Of a stretch of 64,000 nucleotides of DNA, positions 40,648 to 49,058 are shown one piece after another; the stretch's first letter is position 1, and every line of letters starts with the position of its first letter. The stretch is from an uncultured Chloroflexia bacterium (GTDB taxonomy: Bacteria > Chloroflexota > Limnocylindria > Limnocylindrales > CSP1-4), in contig CAVVJT010000004.1 in NCBI GenBank assembly GCA_963748625.1, positions 576,001-640,000 on the forward strand. The letters run 5' to 3'. The notes under the pieces are model-generated. The model did not search any database. It was not told the origin of the DNA and saw nothing but the letters and a program-made list of their open reading frames with translations. A program made the translations under genes and the position numbers.

Positions 40648-41133
40648 GTGATCGCGCTCTACCTGCTGCGTCATGCCCATGCCGGCGATCCCGCCAAGTG
40701 GCGGGGCGACGACGCGGAACGGCCGCTGTCCGAGAAGGGCCACGACCAGGCCGAGCGGGTCGCGCGCCTGCTCAAGAGTGCCGACGAGTCGCCCGACCTG
40801 CTGATCACCTCACCCAAGGTGCGTGCCGCCGAGACCGCCACGATCGTTGCGAAGGCGCTCAAGGTGGACGTCGTCGTGGATGATCGGCTGGCCGGCCTGC
40901 TCGACACGGAGATCCTGACCGACATCCTGCTGGCGGCCGGTCCCGCCGAACGGCCGTGCATCGTGGGCCACGACCCGGACTTCTCCACGATCCTGGGTGA
41001 GATGACGGGCATCGCCGCGATCCAGATGCGCAAGGGCGCGCTGGCCCGCGTGGACTGCGAGGGTGGCGCGATCCGGCCGGGGCGCGGGATGCTGCGGTTC
41101 CTGGTCCCGCCGGAGATTCTCGCCGCGAAGTAG
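40648..41133 (+). CDS. sixA: Phosphohistidine phosphatase SixA family
   Basis: LYLLRHAHA, DAERPLS, TSPKVRAAETA, IVGHDPD. Confidence 0.85.
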   Translation: MIALYLLRHAHAGDPAKWRGDDAERPLSEKGHDQAERVARLLKSADESPDLLITSPKVRAAETATIVAKALKVDVVVDDRLAGLLDTEILTDILLAAGPAERPCIVGHDPDFSTILGEMTGIAAIQMRKGALARVDCEGGAIRPGRGMLRFLVPPEILAAK

Positions 41134-41218
41134 ACGGGGTCCCTGGGCTCAGGCCGCGCGCAGCCGGGTGGTCAGGCGCCGAGTCGCGTGCCGTCGGCGG
41201 GGATACCGTCCATCGTCG

Positions 41219-41905
41219 TCACGCCTCGTACGGGCCGTCGAGGGCGGCCGCCTCCACGCAGACGGCACGCACGCCGAGGCGGCCGAGACGCAGGTACGTG
41301 GGCCGGCGGCGGACCGTCCAGGCGGCAACCTCGAGGCCCGCCTCATTCGCCGTGCGCACCAGGGCCGGCGTGACCAGGCGCCAGTCCACGGACACGCCGC
41401 TGCACCCCATGCCGATCGCATGGGCGAGTGCGGCCGTCGCATCCGCCTCGATGTTCAGCCAGCGCGGCCACGAGGGCAGGACCTCGGCCATTGCGACCAG
41501 CGCAGGCGGATCGAACGATGAGACGATCGCGTCCGCGGGCGCATCGCCGCGTGCAGCACGCAGGACCGCGGCCGTCGCCGCGCCGTGGCCCGGGCCCTTG
41601 AGCTCCACGTCCATCCATGCCGCCGGGAGCGCGGCCATCACCTCGGCCAGGGTCGGGATGCCGAAGACGGCCAACTCCCGGGCATCCAGCCCGTCCACGC
41701 GTGCCGCGTGCCCCTGGACCCGGTCGAGCGTGTCGTCGTGGATGACGACCGGTGTCCCGTCGAGCGCGAGCTGGACGTCGAACTCCACGCCATCGCAACC
41801 GGGCACGCGCATGGCGGCCTCCAGCGCGGCAAGCGTGTTCTCCGGGGCGACCCGCCAGTCGCCCCGGTGGGCCAGGCGCAGGGGCCTTGCGGCGGGCGCC
41901 GTCAC
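41219..41905 (-). CDS. Glycerophosphodiester phosphodiesterase
   Basis: AHRG, PENTLAA, VEFDVQ, IHDDTLDR, VELKG, AWTV. Confidence 0.9.
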   Translation of the reverse strand: MTAPAARPLRLAHRGDWRVAPENTLAALEAAMRVPGCDGVEFDVQLALDGTPVVIHDDTLDRVQGHAARVDGLDARELAVFGIPTLAEVMAALPAAWMDVELKGPGHGAATAAVLRAARGDAPADAIVSSFDPPALVAMAEVLPSWPRWLNIEADATAALAHAIGMGCSGVSVDWRLVTPALVRTANEAGLEVAAWTVRRRPTYLRLGRLGVRAVCVEAAALDGPYEA

Positions 41906-42648
41906 CCGACGACCACGTTGGCCGCAATGCCGACGTGGTCGGACGGGAAGAGGGTCGGATCGCCAACGGCCGGGCGGTCGAACACCAGCCGCGCATCCTC
42001 CACCCGCGCGGCGCCGCGCACCCAGAGGTAGTCGAGGCAATCGGGGTCGCCGTTGGTGTCCATCGCCGGCGCGATGAGGCCCGACGGCCAGGTGACGGCG
42101 GGGTCCTTGCCGTTGGCGGCGGCGAAGGCGGACACGAAGCCCGCCGCCCCCATGTGCAGCGCGGCCGGCGTCTCCGGCCCCGCGTTGAAGTCCCCGACGA
42201 CGATCATCGCGTCATGCTCGGGAGAGGCCTCCAGCCAGGCCAGCAGCCGGTCCACCTGCGCGGCGCGGATCGCGTGATCAGCCGGGAGATGGTGCAGGTG
42301 CACGACGGCGAACACCAAGCGCGCCCCGCCAAGCAGGTTGACCCGGACGCGGAGCGCGGACCGGGTGTGCTCGAGGTCGACACGCTCCACATCGCCGGCG
42401 ACGAGTGGCTGCTTCACGAGCACGCTGTTGCCGTACTCCGGGCGTCCTGCCCACCCGCGATGCGCCTCGTAGCGGCCGTCGCCTGCGGCGCCGAGGAGAC
42501 GGTCCTGCTGCAAGGGGTAGACGACCTCGTTGAGGCCGAGCAGGTCCGGCTGCAGGGCGGCCATGTCCGCCAGCAGGAGCGGCAATCGCTCCTCCCAGCG
42601 GTCGGCGAGGTTGAGGATGTTCATGGTCGCGACGAGCAGGCGGTCCAC
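41902..42648 (-). CDS. Endonuclease/exonuclease/phosphatase family protein
   Basis: TMNI, LNEV, YGN, VGDFN, LDY, PSDH. Confidence 0.88.
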   Translation of the reverse strand: MDRLLVATMNILNLADRWEERLPLLLADMAALQPDLLGLNEVVYPLQQDRLLGAAGDGRYEAHRGWAGRPEYGNSVLVKQPLVAGDVERVDLEHTRSALRVRVNLLGGARLVFAVVHLHHLPADHAIRAAQVDRLLAWLEASPEHDAMIVVGDFNAGPETPAALHMGAAGFVSAFAAANGKDPAVTWPSGLIAPAMDTNGDPDCLDYLWVRGAARVEDARLVFDRPAVGDPTLFPSDHVGIAANVVVG

Positions 42649-42674
42649 GGGTGACTCGGTTCCTCCGCTGCGGC

Positions 42675-43721
42675 TCAGGCCAGGCCCTGGGCCGCGGCCT
42701 GGGTGAATGGGATGGTGAAGGTGAACGTGGAGCCGCGGCCCTCGTCGGACTCCACGCCGATCTGGCCGCCGTGACCCTCCACGATGTGGCGCGAGATGGC
42801 AAGGCCCAGCCCGGTGCCGCCACCGCGGACCCGGGCGCGGTCCACCTTGTAGAACCGCTCGAACACCCGTGACCGATCGGCACGTGCGATCCCGATACCC
42901 TGGTCGGCCACCGCGACCTCCGCGAAGGCCGCGTCCGACGGGTGGCGGCGGACGGTGATCCGGACCTCACCCCCGTCCGGGCTGAACTTGACCGCATTGT
43001 GGACCAGGTTGACGAGCACCTGGGCCAGGCGCTCCTCGTCCCCGGCCACGCGCGGCAGATCGGGCTCTGCATCGACCACGAGCGCGACGCCCTGGCGCTC
43101 GGCGAACAGGCGCAGGCGGTCCGCCGAGCCAGCCGCAAGGGCGGCAAGGTCGATCTCGTCGACCAGGCGCAGCTGCGTGCCGCCCTCGATCCTGGCCAGG
43201 TCGAGAAGCTCGTTGACCATCTGGGTGAGGTGCCCGGTCTCCACCTCGATCCGGGCGATTCGGTCACGGATGCGGTCCGGCACCTCGGCCAGCTGCGCCT
43301 CGCGAGCGAGCGTCTCCGTGAGGAGCGAGACGGTGGAGAGCGGCGTGCGGAGCTCGTGGCTCAGGTTGTCGATGAACTCGGTCCGCATCTGGCGGAGGCG
43401 GCGGAGCTCCGAGACATCCTCGAGGATGACGGCGAGCATGCCGTCCTCGGCGCGGTGCGCCCGCACCGCGACGGTCCTGGCGCCACGCCTGCCCAGCCTG
43501 GCCTCGGCCGTGGTGGCGCCACCCGGGGGAAGGGCGTCCAGCGTGGCCTCGAGGCGCGCGTCGAGCAGCACCTCCATGAGGCTGCGGCCGACCACACGGC
43601 CGGGCACGATGTCGAGGATGACGTGCGCGGCGGTATTGGCGTCGTCGATCAGCCGGTCACGCCCGACGCGCAGGATGCCGACGGGCACGAGATCCTCGAT
43701 CGGATCGCGCAAGGTGGGCAT
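42675..43721 (-). CDS. PhoR/SenX3-like histidine kinase (PAS + HisKA + HATPase, no TM)
   Basis: EDVSELRRLRQMRTEFIDNLSHELRTPL, NAVKF, VFERFYKVDRAR, GGTGLGLAI. Confidence 0.88.
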   Translation of the reverse strand: MPTLRDPIEDLVPVGILRVGRDRLIDDANTAAHVILDIVPGRVVGRSLMEVLLDARLEATLDALPPGGATTAEARLGRRGARTVAVRAHRAEDGMLAVILEDVSELRRLRQMRTEFIDNLSHELRTPLSTVSLLTETLAREAQLAEVPDRIRDRIARIEVETGHLTQMVNELLDLARIEGGTQLRLVDEIDLAALAAGSADRLRLFAERQGVALVVDAEPDLPRVAGDEERLAQVLVNLVHNAVKFSPDGGEVRITVRRHPSDAAFAEVAVADQGIGIARADRSRVFERFYKVDRARVRGGGTGLGLAISRHIVEGHGGQIGVESDEGRGSTFTFTIPFTQAAAQGLA

Positions 43722-43779
43722 GCCAGCAGGATCGCACATCCCGCCGCAGCGGCGGGGCGGCGCGCCGGGCGGGGCGGGA

Positions 43780-43842
43780 GCCGACGCTCGGCTCAGCGGG
43801 CGCGCCGGCGCGGCGGGCGGGTCAGCCGACGCTCGGCTCAGC
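43780..43842. repeat. Two copies of a small palindrome agccgacgctcggctcagc (REP-like)
   Basis: Identical 19-mer at about 43780 and 43824, each with an agccga/tcggct stem. Confidence 0.6.
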
Positions 43843-43880
43843 CGGTCGCCTGGACCGGCCGCGGACGGGGCGGAGGGGCC

Positions 43881-45035
43881 TCAGCGGGCGCGCCGGACGT
43901 CGGGGCCTGGTGCCGGCCCCCGGTCCCCTGCCCCATCGGACCCGGTCGCATCAGCGAAGGGCGTCGTGTAGGCGGCGAACTGCGCGGGCGGGAACGCGTG
44001 TCGCAGCGCCACCACGTGGCCCTGCCGCGCGAGGAGGCGCTGTGCCCGGGCGGCCGCGGCCGGCGTGAGTCCGTCCACGCGGAGCGCGGCTGCCACGTCG
44101 CGCGCGGCCAAGGTCGCGGAGATCCGCAGCGCCTCGTCCTCGTCGCGATCGAGGGCGGCCGGCCACGGCCGGTCACCGCCGGCAATCCCTGTTGAGGCTC
44201 GAACGAAGACCGCCACCTCGGACGCGGTCATCACGGCGACCCGCGCCTTCAGCAAACCCACCTCGGCGCCGTTGGGGCCCCAGCGCGGCTGCTCGAGGGA
44301 GGCATCCCACGCCCGCAGCAGCCGCTCCCGCGCACGGGACCGGAACGGCTCGGCGAGCGTGTCGTCCAGGAATGGGCCCAGCGCGATCTCCGTGGCCACG
44401 CTGGTCAGCCCCTCGCGGATGCCGGTCTCCAGCCAGCGCGCGTGCGGGACGAGCGCTGCCAGCTCGGCCTCCACCGCATCAAGCTCCGCGGCGGCCTCCG
44501 GTGAGGCGAAGCGGCGGACGGTGGCCGCGAACGCGATGGGCGGCGGCTCGGCGGCAGCCATCCGGTCGAACTCGTCCGGGGTGAGACGGCGGACACGATC
44601 CATGAAGCGCGCGAGGCGGATCTCGGGCTCGCCGCGCACCAGGTCGGGGCGCGTGGACGGGCGTGGACGCGGGCGCCGCGGTGCGGCAGGGTGCCGGGGC
44701 CAGGGTCGCCCGCGCCGGCCGCTGCCGCTGTGACCGCTCGCACCGCCGCTGTGCCCGCCCGCACCGCCGCGACGACGGGTTACGGGCACGGGAAGCGGCT
44801 CCAGGCCCATGACCTCGCGGTCATAGCGGGCTCGCAGCTCCGGATCCGCGAGCCAGTCGTGTGCGACGTTGATCCGCTTGGCCTTCTCGAGCGCCGCGGC
44901 CGAGTCGCCGGCAACGTCGGGATGATGACGGCGCAGCAGCGCACGCCACGCCAGCTCGATGGCTTCGGGCGTCGCCTCGGGCTCCAGGCCCAGGCGTGCG
45001 TAGAGGTCGTCGTCAGGGACGAGGGGACCGGGCAT
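43881..45035 (-). CDS. J-domain (DnaJ-like) protein with unknown C-terminal domain
   Basis: DLYARLGL, RRHHPD, INVAHDWLADPELRARYD. Confidence 0.82.
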   Translation of the reverse strand: MPGPLVPDDDLYARLGLEPEATPEAIELAWRALLRRHHPDVAGDSAAALEKAKRINVAHDWLADPELRARYDREVMGLEPLPVPVTRRRGGAGGHSGGASGHSGSGRRGRPWPRHPAAPRRPRPRPSTRPDLVRGEPEIRLARFMDRVRRLTPDEFDRMAAAEPPPIAFAATVRRFASPEAAAELDAVEAELAALVPHARWLETGIREGLTSVATEIALGPFLDDTLAEPFRSRARERLLRAWDASLEQPRWGPNGAEVGLLKARVAVMTASEVAVFVRASTGIAGGDRPWPAALDRDEDEALRISATLAARDVAAALRVDGLTPAAAARAQRLLARQGHVVALRHAFPPAQFAAYTTPFADATGSDGAGDRGPAPGPDVRRAR

Positions 45036-45055
45036 CGTCTACCCGACGACCGGCG

Positions 45056-46774
45056 TCAGACCGGCGTGGCGCTGCGCCCGGCCAGGAAGGCCTCGACATC
45101 CTCGAGCGGGCGCACCGTCTTCTCGCCGGTGACGCGGTCCTTGACCTCCACCCCGCCCGCCTCGAGCGAGCGCGGGCTGACGGTCAGGATCCACGGCATG
45201 CCGAGCAGCTCGGCGTCCGTGAACTTCACGCCGGGCGACTCGTCGCGGTCGTCGTACAGGATCTCGTGGCGGTCGCCGGCGTCGGCCGCGAGCTGGTGCA
45301 GGCGGTCGGCGATCTCCGTGACGCGGGGATCCTTGTTCGCGCCGATTGCGACCAGGTGGGCCTTGTACGGGGCCACCTCGGCCGGCCAGGCGATGCCCTT
45401 GTCGTCGTGGTGGGCCTCGACGACGCAGGCGACGTTGCGCCCGAGGCCGATGCCATACGAGCCCATGATGATCGGGTGGCGCTCGCCGTCCTCGCCCAGG
45501 TACTCGGCACCGAGCGCCTTGGTGTACTTGGTGCCCAGCTTGAAGATGTTCCCGATCTCGATCCCGTTGCGCATGATGATCGGCTTGCCGCAGTCCGGGC
45601 AGCCGTCGCCCTCGCGCACGTTGGCGATGTCCGCCACGACGTCGGGCGTGTAGTCCCGCCCGACGTTGGTGTTCTTCAGGTGGTACTCGGGCTTGTTGGC
45701 GCCGGCGACCAGGTTGGCCGACCTCGCGACCAGCGAGTCCACCACCACGAAGGCATCCCGTGCGCCGATGGGCGAGCCGTAGCCCGCCTGCATGCCGCGC
45801 GCGAGGATCTCCTCCACCTGGGCCGGGCGGATGCCGCCCAGCACCTTGGCCGCGTTGACCAGCTTCGTCTCGTTGAGATCGTCATCGCCGCGCACGATCG
45901 CCACGATGAAGCGCCCATCGCCGGCCACCATGAACACCGCCTTGGCGGTCCTGCTCACCGGGACGCCGAGGAACTCCGCGAGCGAGTCGATCGTGGTGGT
46001 GCCGGGCGTGAACACCTCCTCCACCGGGAGCTGGTCCTCGGGCTCGGGGTCCGCCTGCGTGTGCGGGGCGACCTGGCGGTTGGCCGCGTAGCCACAAGCC
46101 TCGCACAGCACCAGGACGTCCTCGCCGGCGGGGTTGAGGAACATGAACTCGTGTGCGAGGCTGCCGCCCATCATGCCCACGTCCGAGCTGACCGGGATGG
46201 CGCCGATGCCGAGCCGCTCGAAGATGCGGGTGTAGGCGCGGTGGTGGGCCCAGTAGTTGGCGTCCAGGCCCGCCTCGTCGCGATCGCAGCTGTACGAGTC
46301 CTTCATCACGAACTCGCGCACGCGGATCAGGCCGCCGCGAGCCCGGGGCTCGTCGCGGAACTTCGTCTGGAAGTGGTAGATGACCATCGGCAGCTGGCGG
46401 TAGCTCTTCACGATGTCGCGCAGCAGGTCTGCCACGACCTCCTCGTGGGTCATCGCGAGCACCATGTCCCGGCCGCCACGGTCCTTGAACCGGGCCATCT
46501 CCGGCCCGATGGCGTCATAGCGCCCCGTCTCGCGCCAGAGATCGGCCGGGTGCACGACCGGCATCTCCATCTCCTGCGCGCCGATGGCGTTGAGCTCCTC
46601 GCGGATCACCTGCTCCACGCGCTTGCTGACGCGGAAGCCGAGCGGCAGCAGCGAGTAGATCCCGGCGCCCAGCTGGCGCACGTAGCCCGCTCGCAGCAGC
46701 AGGCGGTGGGACGGCATCTCCGCTTCGGAGGGGTCGTCACGGAGCGTGGTGAAGAAGAGGTGGCTCAAGCGCAT
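45056..46774 (-). CDS. proS: Proline--tRNA ligase (bacterial type with insertion editing domain)
   Basis: SHRLLLRAG, THEE, KFRDEPR, REFVMKDSY, GNIFKLGTKY, MGSYGIG, DDRDESPGVKF. Confidence 0.97.
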   Translation of the reverse strand: MRLSHLFFTTLRDDPSEAEMPSHRLLLRAGYVRQLGAGIYSLLPLGFRVSKRVEQVIREELNAIGAQEMEMPVVHPADLWRETGRYDAIGPEMARFKDRGGRDMVLAMTHEEVVADLLRDIVKSYRQLPMVIYHFQTKFRDEPRARGGLIRVREFVMKDSYSCDRDEAGLDANYWAHHRAYTRIFERLGIGAIPVSSDVGMMGGSLAHEFMFLNPAGEDVLVLCEACGYAANRQVAPHTQADPEPEDQLPVEEVFTPGTTTIDSLAEFLGVPVSRTAKAVFMVAGDGRFIVAIVRGDDDLNETKLVNAAKVLGGIRPAQVEEILARGMQAGYGSPIGARDAFVVVDSLVARSANLVAGANKPEYHLKNTNVGRDYTPDVVADIANVREGDGCPDCGKPIIMRNGIEIGNIFKLGTKYTKALGAEYLGEDGERHPIIMGSYGIGLGRNVACVVEAHHDDKGIAWPAEVAPYKAHLVAIGANKDPRVTEIADRLHQLAADAGDRHEILYDDRDESPGVKFTDAELLGMPWILTVSPRSLEAGGVEVKDRVTGEKTVRPLEDVEAFLAGRSATPV

Positions 46775-46825
46775 GGCGCGAAGTCTACCGTCCCGGGGGC
46801 CGGCGTCCGCAGTGCACAGCACCTC

Positions 46826-46946
46826 GGGGCGCCCGAAGCCCCGCCTCCAACGGCCGCACGTCGAAGTGGGGCGTCCGAAGCCACGCTTCGACGGCCAGGA
46901 TGCCCGGACAGTGTCCGTTCGGGGCTTCCGAAGCCCCGAACGGACC
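46826..46946. repeat. Cluster of REP-like palindromes (GGGGC..CCGAAGCC), last with long perfect stem
   Basis: ggggcgcccgaagcccc; ggggcgtccgaagcc; gtccgttcggggcttc-c-gaagccccgaacggac. Confidence 0.65.
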
Positions 46947-47013
46947 GATGGGCGTCGAACGCGGGGCGCGGGAGACCCCGCACCGCATGGAGGGGCTCGG
47001 CCCGGGCGCCGCC

Positions 47014-48135
47014 TCAGGCGGCAGCCATCAGCGCCAGCAGCACCCCGCCGGCGACCACGCTGGCCACCTGGCCCGCGGCGTTCGCGCCCATCGCGTGCAT
47101 CAGCGGGAAGTTCTCGAAGTCCTCCTCGGCAGCCACGCGCTGGACCACCCGGGCGGCCATCGGGAAGGCGCTGATCCCGGCGGCGCCGATGAGCGGGTTG
47201 AACGTCCCGCCGGACACCGCGTTGATGCCCTTGGCGAACAGGATGCCCATCGCGATGTCGAGCACGAAGGCGACGATGCCCAAGGCCAGGATGGCGAGCG
47301 TGGAGGGCTCCAGGAACTGTTCCCCCACCATCGTGGACCCGATGGCGAGGCCCAAGAACAGCGTCACGATGTTGGCGATCTCGTTCGACGACGTCTTGGT
47401 CAGGCGCTCGACGGCCCCCGACTCGCGCATCAGGTTGCCCAGCATCAGCGAGCCCACCAGCGGCGTGGCGAACGGCACCAGCACGCCCACCACGAGCGTC
47501 ACCGCCACCGGAAAGATGATCCGGGTGCGCTTGCTGATGACCCGGCTGGTGTACTCCATCCGGATCCGGCGCTCCTTCGCGGTGGTCAGGGCACGCATGA
47601 CCGGCGGCATGATCAGCGGGACGAGCGCCATGTAGCTGTACGCGGCAACGCTGATGGGGCCGAGGAGGTCGGGCGCCAGGATCCCCGACACATAGATCGA
47701 GGTGGGCCCATCGATCGCTCCGATCACGCCGATCGAGGCCGCCTCCGGCCGTGTGAACCCCAGGAGCAGCGCCAGGCCGAGCGTCCCGAAGATGCCGAAC
47801 TGCCCGGCCGCGCCCAGGATCACCATGCGCGGGTTCTCGAGCAACGGCCCGAAGTCGGTCATCGCCCCGATCCCGATGAAGATCAGCAGCGGGAACAGCT
47901 CGTTCTCGATGCCGGCGTCATACAGGATGGTCAGCAGGCCGTCCGGCCCGATCATCGGCGAGAGCGGCAGGTTGGCGAGGATGCAGCCGGCGGCGATGGG
48001 CAGCAGCAGCAGGGGCTCGTAGTCGCGGGCGATCGCCAGGTACAGCAGCACCCCGGCGATCACGAACATGACCACCGACTGCCAGGAGAGGGCTGTCACC
48101 CCCGCCAGGAGCTGGTCGATCGTCCCCTGGCTCAT
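47014..48135 (-). CDS. Sodium ion-translocating decarboxylase beta subunit
   Basis: YEPLLLLPI, FIGIGAMTDFGPL, GAAGQFG, IGAIDGPTS, AAYSYMAL, ISAFPMAAR, HAMGAN. Confidence 0.93.
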   Translation of the reverse strand: MSQGTIDQLLAGVTALSWQSVVMFVIAGVLLYLAIARDYEPLLLLPIAAGCILANLPLSPMIGPDGLLTILYDAGIENELFPLLIFIGIGAMTDFGPLLENPRMVILGAAGQFGIFGTLGLALLLGFTRPEAASIGVIGAIDGPTSIYVSGILAPDLLGPISVAAYSYMALVPLIMPPVMRALTTAKERRIRMEYTSRVISKRTRIIFPVAVTLVVGVLVPFATPLVGSLMLGNLMRESGAVERLTKTSSNEIANIVTLFLGLAIGSTMVGEQFLEPSTLAILALGIVAFVLDIAMGILFAKGINAVSGGTFNPLIGAAGISAFPMAARVVQRVAAEEDFENFPLMHAMGANAAGQVASVVAGGVLLALMAAA

Positions 48136-48656
48136 CCCTGGGCCGCGCTGAGCCGTACGAGCGGGTCCCCGGGACCCACCGGCTGGCCCGCCTCCACCTC
48201 GACGGCTGCCACCACGGCGGCACGCGGCGCACGGATCGTGTTGCGCATCTTCATCGCCTCGAGGACGAGGACCGGATCGCCGCGCTTGAGCACGGAGCCC
48301 ACGCTCACGTGGACCTCGAGGATCACGCCGGGCATGGGGGCCGCCAGGATGTCGGCCTTGGAGCCACCCGCCGTGCCGGGCGTGCCCGCGTGTGCCCGAG
48401 GAGGCAGCGCCGGGCCCGGTGCCGCGGGGCGCGCCTCCGGCGAGAGCGCCGTCGCGAACGGGAGGTCCGCGATCTGGCGGGGCTCGTCGGGCATCGGCAG
48501 CTCGGGCGAGATGACCGCGCCCGGAAGGTCCTCGTCGGCCTGGAGGGCGGCCTCGTACGTGACCCCGTCGACGGTGACCGAGAACTGGTCGGACGCGGTC
48601 TCCTCGACGTCGATGGTGAACGGCGTGCCGTCCACGGTGACGGTATAGCGGCGCAC
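48132..48656 (-). CDS. Biotin carboxyl carrier subunit (MmdC-like)
   Basis: APMPG, LEAMKMRN biotinylation motif, Pro/Ala linker. Confidence 0.9.
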   Translation of the reverse strand: MRRYTVTVDGTPFTIDVEETASDQFSVTVDGVTYEAALQADEDLPGAVISPELPMPDEPRQIADLPFATALSPEARPAAPGPALPPRAHAGTPGTAGGSKADILAAPMPGVILEVHVSVGSVLKRGDPVLVLEAMKMRNTIRAPRAAVVAAVEVEAGQPVGPGDPLVRLSAAQG

Positions 48657-48659
48657 GGG

Positions 48660-49055
48660 CTACCTCCGGCGACGCCAGGACTGGCCCTGGCGGGTACGGC
48701 CCGCGGCGACCCAGCGGCTGGCGAAGAGCAGGCTCCCCGGCCAGTAGCTGCGCATGGCGGGAGCGGCCTGGAGGCGGCGGGCCTCCTCGTGCCGCACGAT
48801 GGCGATGGTGATGGCGGCAAGCAGCCGCGGGTCGAGATCGGGCGGGGCGCCCAGGAGGCGCACCATCGGCCGGCCCCCGCCGTCGGTTGCCGCGTCCTCC
48901 CCTGGTGCTGCCGTGGGGCCGGCGGCCCCTGCGGACGCGAGGCGCGCATCCGCGCGCATCAGGATCGTGAGCAGCAGCCACACGATCGCGAGGACCGCGA
49001 AGACGATCGCCATCCCGATGACGGTGGTCGAAACCCAGAAGGCGAGGTCGTCCAT
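48660..49055 (-). CDS. OadG/MmdD-like decarboxylase membrane anchor subunit
   Basis: N-terminal TM GMAIVFAVL, LLAAITIAI, C-terminal SRWVAAGR; operon context. Confidence 0.75.
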   Translation of the reverse strand: MDDLAFWVSTTVIGMAIVFAVLAIVWLLLTILMRADARLASAGAAGPTAAPGEDAATDGGGRPMVRLLGAPPDLDPRLLAAITIAIVRHEEARRLQAAPAMRSYWPGSLLFASRWVAAGRTRQGQSWRRRR

Positions 49056-49058
49056 GGG

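Noticed and set aside
46775-47013. T-box riboswitch upstream of proS
   Set aside because: No T-box consensus seen, and proS appears leaderless (TAGACT-N7-ATG)
44996-47635. 879-aa plus-strand ORF and similar long antisense ORFs (e.g. 18038-20299, 26512-28440, 48309-50084)
   Set aside because: They overlap well-supported genes on the opposite strand and contain no recognisable motifs
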